Shown here one piece after another: positions 9,599-19,519 of a stretch of DNA of 36,677 nt. The notes under the pieces are model-generated. The model saw only the letters and a list, made by a program, of their open reading frames with translations. It was not told where the DNA came from and did not search any database. A program made the position numbers and the translations under genes. The stretch spans positions 1-36,677 of the forward strand of contig LT649335.1 in assembly GCA_900128395.1 (NCBI GenBank), written 5' to 3'. Position 1 is the stretch's first letter. Each line of letters begins with the position of its first letter. Source of the stretch: Stramenopiles sp. TOSAG23-2. Taxonomy: Eukaryota.

Positions 9599-12466
9599 TC
9601 ACTTCTTCCTTCTACCACTACCACCATTATTCCTACCAACAATATATTTAGACTTCGATGATGACGAGGAGAAATTATTGCGATTACTGTTATTATTATT
9701 ATGAAGATCCAGCTCCACACGTAATTGCTTGATCATATCTTTCACTTTTACTTTTTCCAAATTGGTAAATTCTAATGTAGATCGAAATAAGAAATTTAAT
9801 TCTTCTGTGCGAAAAATGCCATTTTTCACTATGGTTTTCATCAAATTTCGCTTTAAATTTTCTAATTGTGCATCTGCATTTTTTTTTGGTGGAGATCTTA
9901 CTTTCTTTTGAGCATATAAGTTTGTGGCATTATTATTATTATAATTATTATTACTGTGGTAACCATTATTGATTTGGTTATTATTTATTGGATTGTTATT
10001 GCGAAGGACGAGGGTTTCTTGTACTTTTGATGCATTAGCAGTTTGTGATCGGCGATGCATTAATCGTAATTCTGCTTCAAGCTGTACTATTTTAGCATCA
10101 GCTTTTTGTTTTCCTTCTTCCGCATGATTTTTTAATGTAGTCAATGTTTCCATATTTTTCATAATTTCATTTAACGTTTCCATTTGTTTAAATATGTTCT
10201 TATTCGCTTCTTCTTTCTCCTCTTTCAATGCAATATTTTCTGCTTGTAAAAATGCATGGTTATTATTACTTTTACGTTGTTCCGCTAATTCTTTCTCCAT
10301 ATTTGTATTTTTCATTTGCAATGTTTCAATTTCCTTATTTAATTCATTCATCACTTCATTATCATGTTTATGTGTATACTCAAGGTTATTTACTTGATGA
10401 TCTAATTGATGTTGTAAACTCTTGTTTCTACCAGCTAATTGCTCAATTGTCTCTTTTAAACTTGTTACTTCGTTTAAATGTTTATTTACAATGTTTTGAG
10501 TATCTACTTGATGTTTATTTTTTAGTTCTTTTATTTTAGTTTCATGTATATGATTTAAATTTTCAATTTCCCGTTCTTGCTGTTTCTTCATTTGTTCAAT
10601 ACCAGCTTGTTGTAAATCGGAGGAAGATGCATTTCTTTCATATTTCAAATTATTATATAACTTCGTTTGATTTTCTAATTCACGTTTAGTTGTCAAAAAT
10701 GATGTCATTAATTGTGACTTTTCAGCTTTTAATTCTTCTATTTCATTAATATATTTTCTGACTGTATTTGCTAATAAATTTTTATTTTCCTCTAATTGTT
10801 GTTTTTCTTCTTCCTCTTTTTCTTTCTTCTGTGTGTTTATGTCATTATCAAGAGTTGACAAATGTGTGTTAGTATTACTATTTTCATATTTTTCTTCAAC
10901 TTTCTCTGCTTGCTCTTTATTACCACTACCACCAATACTTGATCCATCAATTTTACTTTCTGTGTTATAATACTGATTATTGCTTCTGCTATCTTCCTCC
11001 TTTTGTTCATTCTTTTGCCCACGTGATTTTATCATGTAATGATTCCATGGAACAGCATCTTCATACCAATTTTCATCTGCAATTGATGAAAGATCTGTAT
11101 CAGCCATACTTGGTTCTTGCATATTTAATGTTGAAAATAATTTATTGTTGATATTGTTTTCATCGTCATCATCATCACTACTATCAAACATCATTTCCAT
11201 TTCTATAATTTTTTGTGGAGAATTGTAATCAGTTTTTGCCATGTTTTCCATAGATGATCTAGAAAAATCACGCATTAATTTTTTATGTATAGTTGCATCT
11301 TTTTGACGCACAAGTTCTTTCCAATACGCAAGAATATCAGCTTGTAATTCATATGCAGTCGGTAATACGATTTTTTCATCATCGTCCATCATCATCATCG
11401 TTTCATCATCATAACTATTGTTACTGTGAAAATTATGAAAACGACTACGTCTTTTATTATTATTGATATTATCATTATCAATATGTTCAGCTAAATTAGA
11501 ATAATCAAACATACCATTGACATTACTATCATATTTATGTGACAAATGCTTTATTTCTAAATCTGTAATTCCCAACTTTAAACTATGAATTGCATGTACA
11601 AATTCTTCATGCGAAATTAAACCATCTCCATTTTCATCAAAAATAGAAAAGAAATCATACAAAGTGGTTCCTTCTTCTTTATGTAATTTTTTAAAATATG
11701 AAGACAATTTTGATTGAACGCTTGAAGTAGTATCATACTCTAAATAATATAAAAACATATCATAATCTATCATCATATTTTCATCATCAAAACGATTGTT
11801 ATTGTGTATCCTTGTAGTAAACGCTTCAACAACGGTTGAAATGTGTTCTTCCGTGAAATAAAATTCTTCATCATCGTTCATATAGTTGTTGTTTGTATTA
11901 GTTGAATTGTTAAAAACTATCTTTAGTCCTTGTGTAAATTTCTCTTTTGACAATTGACCATCGCCATTTATATTCATAGATTGAAAAATATTTCTTAATG
12001 ATTTGAGTTTTTTCCTATTATTTGCAGACGATTTCTTCATTGCGGTTATTATGGTATATGCTAAATCGTTTCGATCAATAATTCCGACTTGTTTTTTTAA
12101 AAAGTTTTCAGTATTTACAATAAAATGACTCCTGTTTAAAGTTTTTCGAACCCAACGCTGTATAATTCTAGCTGCAGGTGCTTCTCCACTCTGTTCAACT
12201 TTGAATGAACGTGTATTAGATAACATGGCTTGATCGTCCCGTTCACGTTGTTCTTTCTTTAGTTCAACTAACATATAACCTTCTTCTACTTGTCTATTTT
12301 GTTTCTCTAATCTTTCTCTTTCCTCTTCTTGCATTTTTTTCCATAAAGCATTTGAATATTCTTGACGACCTTTAAATCCTCTATAATGTCTCTGAATTGT
12401 GACAGTATGTTTTGATACAAGGTGACTTGGTGCATTGTGATGATGGAGAAGTCTTTGATGTTCCAT
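9599..12466 (-). CDS. IQ-motif and EF-hand coiled-coil protein (955 aa)
   Basis: IQRHYRGFKGR and IIQRWVR IQ motifs, EF-hand loops NINGDGQLSKEKF, DENGDGLISHEEF and DSNVNGMFDYSNL, a long coiled coil and a C-terminal helical domain. Confidence 0.9.
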   Translation of the reverse strand: MEHQRLLHHHNAPSHLVSKHTVTIQRHYRGFKGRQEYSNALWKKMQEEERERLEKQNRQVEEGYMLVELKKEQRERDDQAMLSNTRSFKVEQSGEAPAARIIQRWVRKTLNRSHFIVNTENFLKKQVGIIDRNDLAYTIITAMKKSSANNRKKLKSLRNIFQSMNINGDGQLSKEKFTQGLKIVFNNSTNTNNNYMNDDEEFYFTEEHISTVVEAFTTRIHNNNRFDDENMMIDYDMFLYYLEYDTTSSVQSKLSSYFKKLHKEEGTTLYDFFSIFDENGDGLISHEEFVHAIHSLKLGITDLEIKHLSHKYDSNVNGMFDYSNLAEHIDNDNINNNKRRSRFHNFHSNNSYDDETMMMMDDDEKIVLPTAYELQADILAYWKELVRQKDATIHKKLMRDFSRSSMENMAKTDYNSPQKIIEMEMMFDSSDDDDDENNINNKLFSTLNMQEPSMADTDLSSIADENWYEDAVPWNHYMIKSRGQKNEQKEEDSRSNNQYYNTESKIDGSSIGGSGNKEQAEKVEEKYENSNTNTHLSTLDNDINTQKKEKEEEEKQQLEENKNLLANTVRKYINEIEELKAEKSQLMTSFLTTKRELENQTKLYNNLKYERNASSSDLQQAGIEQMKKQQEREIENLNHIHETKIKELKNKHQVDTQNIVNKHLNEVTSLKETIEQLAGRNKSLQHQLDHQVNNLEYTHKHDNEVMNELNKEIETLQMKNTNMEKELAEQRKSNNNHAFLQAENIALKEEKEEANKNIFKQMETLNEIMKNMETLTTLKNHAEEGKQKADAKIVQLEAELRLMHRRSQTANASKVQETLVLRNNNPINNNQINNGYHSNNNYNNNNATNLYAQKKVRSPPKKNADAQLENLKRNLMKTIVKNGIFRTEELNFLFRSTLEFTNLEKVKVKDMIKQLRVELDLHNNNNSNRNNFSSSSSKSKYIVGRNNGGSGRRKK

Positions 12467-12874
12467 CGTGTGTTGATGAAGGAGGGAGAGAAAGCCTGGG
12501 TGCCGACGTGTTACAATCTATCTTGTGTTTCGAAGAGATTTATAGAATAGATATATATTATTTTACACGTATGTTTGTATTATAATGTATATATATACAT
12601 AACAGTTATAATAATAATAAAAAAGAAACTTAAAACGCAACTACAGGTGGTTGTTTTTTTCATTTCTCTAAAGTGACAAATCGTTTAAACCGTTTTTTTC
12701 CCCTTCAATTCAACACCATCATCATAATCATTTCCTTTCTTCTTCTTCTTCTTCTTCTTTGCTATCGTTTTCTTTACTGCATCGACTTTTGACAATATAA
12801 TACGACTACTTTAATACAATATCCAATACCAATGATTAATAACAATGCACCAACCCATTCTGAGATTATAGCAA

Positions 12875-13819
12875 TTAACTTTTGCTCAATTTTTTTGACA
12901 ATCGTCGTACCAAACGCCTGCTCATTTTTTTATTATTTCGTTTCGTTGCTTTATTGTTTTTTTCTTGTTTTAATTGATTCAAAGCGTCCTCAATGTTTTT
13001 TATTTCTTCCTTCAATTCATCATTGGTACAAATATAGTTATCTTTAACATATGATAAGCAAATTAACTTGTGATAATATACAGCTCGTTTCTCATTGCCA
13101 TGCAAATATAAATCAACACTCATTTCATCGAATTCTGCAATGAAAATTACCGCCATGCCATTGAAAATCAACTCTAAATCATACTCATATATATATGTCG
13201 ATAACGAAAAAAAACATAATGATACTAACAATCCTATTTCAAGTAGTTCAACTACATGTTTTAAAGTATATTTCCAATTGTTTTTTTTAGGTTCAAAATC
13301 TTTTGTCGTAACCAATAACATACTATTGTGTAACCCAGTTAAAAGAGACAAACATACGTACCATACGAATGTAAATATTAATATCACAGACAAAGGAGAG
13401 TAAGTTGTTATTCCACTGGTTGTTGACGTATCTTGAAATCCGTTTAGAAAAGGATTGTTACTAATAGGCACACATTTAAATGAATAATACATGAGTAGAT
13501 ACTCAAATGATTTAATCATGATACATATGCTTGTAAATTTTCTTGAAATCAACGATTTATCTGGACATAACATAATGTCGATCGCTCCCAATTGTATCAC
13601 TTCAAATTGTCCATATGCAGCATCAATACCTTCCTCTTCAAAACAATACTGCCCATGTTCATTCGGTCCTTTGATTCTTAAGGCAAGTGTAAATTTACGA
13701 AATAGCTCCTGCTCCTCAGCTGTTAAGTTTGTAACTTCCTTGGTAGTGACTTCATCCGTCTCACTTTCGTTATTGTCAATCACAACATCTTTTACCGGTG
13801 CAATTTTTCTCGACATCAT
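12875..13819 (-). CDS. Multi-pass membrane protein of unknown function (314 aa)
   Basis: About 4 hydrophobic segments, the motif LIFNGMAVIFIAEFDE, and a basic/coiled C-terminal tail. Confidence 0.85.
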   Translation of the reverse strand: MMSRKIAPVKDVVIDNNESETDEVTTKEVTNLTAEEQELFRKFTLALRIKGPNEHGQYCFEEEGIDAAYGQFEVIQLGAIDIMLCPDKSLISRKFTSICIMIKSFEYLLMYYSFKCVPISNNPFLNGFQDTSTTSGITTYSPLSVILIFTFVWYVCLSLLTGLHNSMLLVTTKDFEPKKNNWKYTLKHVVELLEIGLLVSLCFFSLSTYIYEYDLELIFNGMAVIFIAEFDEMSVDLYLHGNEKRAVYYHKLICLSYVKDNYICTNDELKEEIKNIEDALNQLKQEKNNKATKRNNKKMSRRLVRRLSKKLSKS

Positions 13820-13971
13820 TGTTGTGATAAATTTACCTTGATTCTTACACTAATAACCCTTTTGTCGAATATAATATAAATAATGTTGAACAAGAGAAGT
13901 ATAAAAAAGAAGAAGAAGATTCTTGTTTGTTGTTGTTATTTTTAGTGGTGCAATATAAAAAAGTCTGCAAC

Positions 13972-14155
13972 AATCAACAGGTATTATTCTGGTATTATTA
14001 CATCTATCTGTTGTGGTGGTATTTATTTATTATTATTATATAATACTCTACATTATTTATTATAATATAAAAAAATCAACAGGTATTATTCTGGTATTAT
14101 TACATCTATCTGTTGTGGTGGTATTTATTTATTATATACTCTATATTTTTTATTA
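13972..14155. repeat. Tandem duplication, ~102-bp period
   Basis: aatcaacaggtattattctggtattattacatctatctgttgtggtggtatttatttattat starts at 13972 and at 14074. Confidence 0.9.
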
Positions 14156-14447
14156 TTATTAATAATTAAAAAAAAAAATAATAAATAAAATAATGACCGT
14201 TCTTCTTCAGCTTACTACTGTGGCTTACCTATAATATATATAATACTACTAATAATATTATAAATAGCTACAGCTAGACGACTATTATAGCTTCTATATA
14301 GCTAACCTGGCTAAGCTAAGCTGGTATTATATACAACATGTTAAATGTTACATGTATCATTATATCATATGTATGTGCCAATCCAGCATTTATTAATGTA
14401 TTGTGTGCTACATGTATTATTATTACATACTATACAGTATAATAATA

Positions 14448-14580
14448 AATACACCTGATAATAATACTAGCTATACCTGTCTGTAGTAAAAAAAGTGTTG
14501 CAAGAAGTATATTAATACACCTGATAATAATACTAGCTATACCTGTCTGTAGTAAAAAAAGTGTTGCAAGAAGTATATTA
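14448..14580. repeat. Exact tandem duplication, 66-bp period
   Basis: aatacacctgata...caagaagtatatt starts at 14448 and at 14514. Confidence 0.95.
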
Positions 14581-14682
14581 TATATGCACATATAATAATA
14601 ATAATAAAAATGATAACATTCCTATAAATGTAATAAACACGTCAAATAACCAGTACACAATAAGACAACTTTTAAACAAACC

Positions 14683-16284
14683 ATGGGTTGCTGGCATCGC
14701 GTTTCAATATATTTCTCATTCATTGCCATCATCGTCCATATATTTACATTAAACTATCATCAAATATTTGCATTGTACGAACATAGATGTTGCCATAATT
14801 CCCATGGTAAAGCTATTAAAAACTGCCAATGTTTAAATAATAACGAGCAAACAGCTGTGCATGAATTATCAGAAGGAAAAGAATCATATTTCCACTGGCG
14901 TCTAGCTGATTTAAGCTACATCAACGTCCCTGATTACAAACGTCCCAACATAACTTTCATTTTATCACCATGTTCTGGTAGTATGCATTTATTTGTAAAA
15001 CCACTTGATAGTAATTTCAGTTCAATACGTAGTAAAACGTATTGGTATAAATCAACCAATAATAAAGATATTAATGAAATACATTTGCCACTTTTGTATT
15101 CCGATTATTATGTTGTCGTATATGCTAAGAAAGCTGGAAATTTCAGTATGTTTACCACTGTCTCAGACTATTTAATACCACGACCAGGTCATTATGGAAA
15201 CATTGAAATAAACCAAACGAAACATTATAGTATGGAAATTTCATTTTATAGCCCTCCTATTTATATAAATAATTATCTAAATAATGATTATAATATTGGA
15301 GAACTTGTATATACAATTTATTATTTTACATACGATGATGTAAAGCACGAATATAAATGCGAAAATAGTACCGACGTTGAGGAATGTTATAAAGCGGCAA
15401 TATTGTGGACTCCATGTGGGTTAGAGCGTTCTTCGCCAAATAGACAAAAAAAACTTGTACATAATAATGTGATAAAAATTAAACAAACTACTGATGAGGA
15501 GGAGACGACTACTACTACAACTAGTAGTAGTGATGATCCCGCTGTTCTTCGTAAGGATATTAAAGTTATTAAACATAGTATAACGTTTGATGAATTACCG
15601 TTGGAAAGAGATTTATATTTCAACATTTTGATACAGTCAAAAAATTCCAGTTTAAAAATGGCATACAGAGGTATTAAAACATCGTTACACTTTGACAGAA
15701 TTAATATGCAGGTAGACAAGAAGATAATAGATTTAGTAAATTATGCTGTATTTTACACAATTGTGATTGCAGCTGGGTTAAGCCTAATAATACGCTTTTT
15801 ATTTCAATATATGACATATTTATCTATAAGGAAAGAATTAAAACTGAAATTTTTGAAAGACAAAGCAAAAGAAATAAACGGCAATACTAACTCATCGAAA
15901 TATGTCAACAACAATAAAGATGGTGATGATGATGAAGAGAAAAAAGATCCAGATGATTTAGATGATCATGCAAATAGTAATCGTTTATCAAATGAAAATA
16001 TTCAAAATGGTCGCTACAATACTGGGTTTAATGAACAAGAATATGTTTTTAGTGAAGATGGTAGTACACCACGTTCACCAATTTCATTTGATGGACGCAA
16101 TGGTGGCGATTCTCTTGGAAGAAGTGCTTCTATGTTATCGGATGATAGTATTGGGGGTGGTAATATTTTTTCAGATGATGAAGAAAAAGATGGCGAACAA
16201 CCACTTCAAATAAGCCCAGCAAAAAGCGAGGAGGAGAAGATTTTGGATTCGTTGTTAGAAGCAACTAGTCCTGATAAAGATTGA
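14683..16284 (+). CDS. Type I membrane/surface protein with a Cys-containing beta-rich ectodomain, one TM helix and an acidic cytoplasmic tail (533 aa)
   Basis: Hydrophobic N-terminus, beta-strand pattern with SPCSG and TPCG motifs (FN3/NDNF-like by eye only), TM segment AVFYTIVIAAGLSLIIRFLF. Confidence 0.85.
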   Translation: MGCWHRVSIYFSFIAIIVHIFTLNYHQIFALYEHRCCHNSHGKAIKNCQCLNNNEQTAVHELSEGKESYFHWRLADLSYINVPDYKRPNITFILSPCSGSMHLFVKPLDSNFSSIRSKTYWYKSTNNKDINEIHLPLLYSDYYVVVYAKKAGNFSMFTTVSDYLIPRPGHYGNIEINQTKHYSMEISFYSPPIYINNYLNNDYNIGELVYTIYYFTYDDVKHEYKCENSTDVEECYKAAILWTPCGLERSSPNRQKKLVHNNVIKIKQTTDEEETTTTTTSSSDDPAVLRKDIKVIKHSITFDELPLERDLYFNILIQSKNSSLKMAYRGIKTSLHFDRINMQVDKKIIDLVNYAVFYTIVIAAGLSLIIRFLFQYMTYLSIRKELKLKFLKDKAKEINGNTNSSKYVNNNKDGDDDEEKKDPDDLDDHANSNRLSNENIQNGRYNTGFNEQEYVFSEDGSTPRSPISFDGRNGGDSLGRSASMLSDDSIGGGNIFSDDEEKDGEQPLQISPAKSEEEKILDSLLEATSPDKD

Positions 16285-16632
16285 CAGGGAATTGTGGTGT
16301 GTTGTACGGTTCGGAAAAACTTCGTACGCATAAAAAAAACTTGCTTCTCGTCAAAGTGCCAAAGAGAACTTTTTCACTGTTGAGATAAACATTCCCCACC
16401 ATCCATGGTTGGGGGATGTTAAATACATACACACTTTTAAAACAATTATTTTTTAGATTTATATATAAATGATATTAATACGCAAGAAGCAGCAAAACTT
16501 TTTCGATCTCAATCTTTTCACCACACATTAAAAAAAGATTCATCAAATGATAGAGGCATCAGTATAAAGGGTAAATTTTAATGGAGTTGAAAGTTCCAAA
16601 TTCATTATAAACTGAGCTTAAAAACGATGTTT

Positions 16633-16809
16633 TCAGCGAAAGACTACCCCACTTGGTTTTTCCCATTGAGTTGTTCTGGTTGTTTTATTGTAATAGTAAT
16701 TTTTACCACTATTTGCATCGTAATACTCTTTCCATTCTGCCTGCCTTGCACCTATTTCAAGATTTTTTTCCTCAGTAGATTTTTCTTTTAAACCTTTTTT
16801 TGTAATTGC
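16633..16809 (-). other. Orphan coding segment: diverged copy of 24 kinase C-terminal codons fused in frame to a WW domain
   Basis: AITKKGLKEKSTEEKNLEIGARQA followed by EWKEYYDANSGKNYYYNKTTRTTQWEKP, a canonical WW pattern (W...YY.N..T..TQWE.P). Stop at 16633. Out of frame with the upstream kinase ORF. Confidence 0.85.
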
Positions 16810-18455
16810 TGGATTTTTAAGTGGAAAGGAAAGTGATGAAATGATTGAAGCACATGTTGCTGCTGGAATGGTAGTTGGTGAGCCATCCAAGGTTTGACTT
16901 TGCCTGCCTGCCTTGCACCTGATTCAAGTATTTTTTCCTCAATAGGTTTTTCTTTTAAACCCTTTCTTGTAATTGCAAGGATTTTTTTCATTCGGTCATT
17001 GACTATCCATTTTGAAATAGCATCCCCTTCGCGTCCAGGTATAAACCAAGGAATTACAATTGCTATAAATGCATCTCGCAGTAATTGCCCAACTTCCATA
17101 TCGTAAACAACCTCATCCACAGATGTACGAGTACATTTTGCTAGTACATCTGCCGGAGTAGCATCAATATATGCTTGTGCGCATGCTCTGCGATTCTCTA
17201 ATGTCGGCCAATGCGTTTTACCCGGTTTATTTCCATCACGGGATGCGAAATATCCGCCTAAATCATGCCCAGCTTGCATTAAACAACATCGACCAAAATC
17301 TACAAGTACTATATCTCCTGGCTTATTACTTTCATGTCTTCTTAAAATATTACCATCATGAAGATCATTATGGGCAACAACGACTCTACCCATCAATGAG
17401 TTAGGAGATAGCGATTCAATCACCTCTGGTAAAATTTCACAAACGTATTGCATCTTGAGAATTTGAGCGACTCTATAAAGTAGTACCGCTTCATCTGAAC
17501 GACTGTGATTTTCAACAGCTTTTATCATGCGTGGACTTAATTTGTTTTTTAGTTCATGAAATGGATTTCGATTATTTGTACATTTTTCATACCATTGCTC
17601 ATTCGTTGTTGCATGTAGCATACCTAATGCTCTACCATATGCTGCTGCATCCTCCTTCGTATCAAATACGGGACATGTATCCTCACCCTTTGACTTAAAG
17701 TCTTTACCATCTAAATATTCCAATACAGCACAATCTGGTATAAGATCTATTTTATGGCTTTCAGGATGTGTATGAAAATCCGGAAAGTACTGGGAGTCTC
17801 TCATTCGTGTATGTGCCATATAACCAACGTGGTTGAAGGTTCCTGGTGACAAAAGTTTACCCATTTCATCCTTTGGTTCAACATCGATACGCATGCATAC
17901 TATATCAGGCGACAATATAACGTTGCCGTTACTTAGTAACGTTGTAACGTTACTGGCATTTTTTTTGCGCTGAACTTTATAAATTTCTGATCCAGAAAGG
18001 CCACCATGTACAACTTCAACGCTTCCCATTTTATCTTTCATATCCCAATCATCCACTATTGATTTACATAGATCAAATATAAATTTTCTATCTCCTTTCA
18101 ACAGATATTTATGTATTACTTGTGCTGCATTTTCGTCTCGATCTAAATAACGTTCGAACAAAGCGAGCCTTTCATCATCAAAGATCATATAGTTATATCC
18201 AAACAAAGATGTTACCCCTACGAAAATTACGCCTGCAAGTGGTAAAAATTGGTTACTCCCATTTCCACTTTGGCGAAAAGTACTTAAACGCTGTGCTATA
18301 CGAGGAGTTGCACCCATTTGCATATTATTTGTTGAGCGCCCGTGTTGCCTATGTAAAAAATGATAACTGCGTTGTATAAAATTTTTACTATTACTATTAT
18401 TAATTTTAACAAAATTACGTGGTTGAATAATACATTTTGCAGCTGTTCTCAACAT
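16788..18455 (-). CDS. Choline/ethanolamine kinase or aminoglycoside-phosphotransferase-fold kinase with presequence-like N-terminus and one TM helix; rearranged C-terminus
   Basis: GGLSGSEIYKV P-loop-like motif, Brenner motif HNDLHDGNIL, LVDFG, HDLGGYF. R/S-rich, acid-free N-terminus followed by FLPLAGVIFVGVTSLFGY. Confidence 0.88.
   Translation of the reverse strand: MLRTAAKCIIQPRNFVKINNSNSKNFIQRSYHFLHRQHGRSTNNMQMGATPRIAQRLSTFRQSGNGSNQFLPLAGVIFVGVTSLFGYNYMIFDDERLALFERYLDRDENAAQVIHKYLLKGDRKFIFDLCKSIVDDWDMKDKMGSVEVVHGGLSGSEIYKVQRKKNASNVTTLLSNGNVILSPDIVCMRIDVEPKDEMGKLLSPGTFNHVGYMAHTRMRDSQYFPDFHTHPESHKIDLIPDCAVLEYLDGKDFKSKGEDTCPVFDTKEDAAAYGRALGMLHATTNEQWYEKCTNNRNPFHELKNKLSPRMIKAVENHSRSDEAVLLYRVAQILKMQYVCEILPEVIESLSPNSLMGRVVVAHNDLHDGNILRRHESNKPGDIVLVDFGRCCLMQAGHDLGGYFASRDGNKPGKTHWPTLENRRACAQAYIDATPADVLAKCTRTSVDEVVYDMEVGQLLRDAFIAIVIPWFIPGREGDAISKWIVNDRMKKILAITRKGLKEKPIEEKILESGARQAGKVKPWMAHQLPFQQQHVLQSFHHFPFHLKIQQLQKKV
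16807..16886 (+). repeat. 80-bp exact inverted copy of COQ8-region DNA (23452-23531)
   Basis: The reverse complement of 16807-16886 equals atggctcaccaactacc...cttaaaaatccagca at 23452-23531, base for base. Confidence 0.97.
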
Positions 18456-18610
18456 ATTTTATTAATTTGTTTAAATTATAATATTCTTTTTTTGTATAAG
18501 AAAATAATATATATATTAAATTTATATTATATATAAAATGGATGATATGAACAATTATACAACAGAGTAAAAGAAAAAACAAATAGTTGTTATCCAATGA
18601 GTTATACTTT

Positions 18611-18850
18611 GTAATAAATGTTAAAAAGAAAAAAAATCTTTCCTACAATCTATAAAATTGATTACTGGATTAAATAATATATATGCTATACTTTTTTACC
18701 CATCACACTATATATAATAGAAGAGCAAAAGTAATAAATGTTAAAAAGAAAAAAAATCTTTCCTACAATCTATAAAATTGATTACTGGATTAAATAATAT
18801 ATATGCTATACTTTTTTACCCATCACACTATATATAATAGAAGAGCAAAA
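18611..18850. repeat. Exact tandem duplication, 120-bp period
   Basis: 18611-18730 is identical to 18731-18850. Confidence 0.97.
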
Positions 18851-19415
18851 TACAACAATATAACAACAAAACAAATGGGCAAACTGGCAAAAGTATACTA
18901 CCAGGTACATTTTTTATTAGTCTATACCGCTGGTGCACCAACAACCATCAGTATAATACAAAAAAATGAATAATATAATAATTTCAATAATGATGATGAT
19001 GAATAATAATAAATAAAGTACAATAAGCCATAATAATAAATAATTAAATGTGTGTACAATCAATGAAGGATGCACACGCACCACCTACATCGCCTGCCAC
19101 GCTTTACAAAACACAAAACACATTTATTAGATACCTGCATATTTATCTTGCAACATCTGTTGAATCATCTGTTGAACAATTTCCATTCGCTATTGTTTTT
19201 TTTGCCAACTGTTGAAAAATATCAGAGAGGTGAAAAAGTTTTTATTCGTGAAAAAACACAGGCAGAGGTTTAGGATATACATACGAAGGATTCTTGCTAC
19301 TGATTTAAGCAGAACAATAGCGGCATTTTAGATATACCGCGATAAGAACTGCACAAGCGATTCAAATTAGCATTTCTTTGCATCGTTTCATAAAGTTATT
19401 GGGCTAATATTGTAT

Positions 19416-19514
19416 TTTAAGTGTTACGAAATATTCATAGTACCAGCAACATAACGTAATATTATTTAAGTGGTACGAAATATACATAGTGCAAGCCAGC
19501 AACATAACGTAATA
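19416..19514. repeat. Imperfect ~49-bp tandem duplication just upstream of the ATG at 19520
   Basis: tttaagtg.tacgaaatat.catagt..ccagcaacataacgtaata occurs at 19416 and 19465. Confidence 0.85.
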
Positions 19515-19519
19515 AGAAG

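Noticed and set aside
16633-16890. 85-aa ORF treated as an independent gene
   Set aside because: Its start falls at the insert junction and its N-terminus is COQ8 antisense sequence. It is better described as part of the rearranged kinase 3' end.
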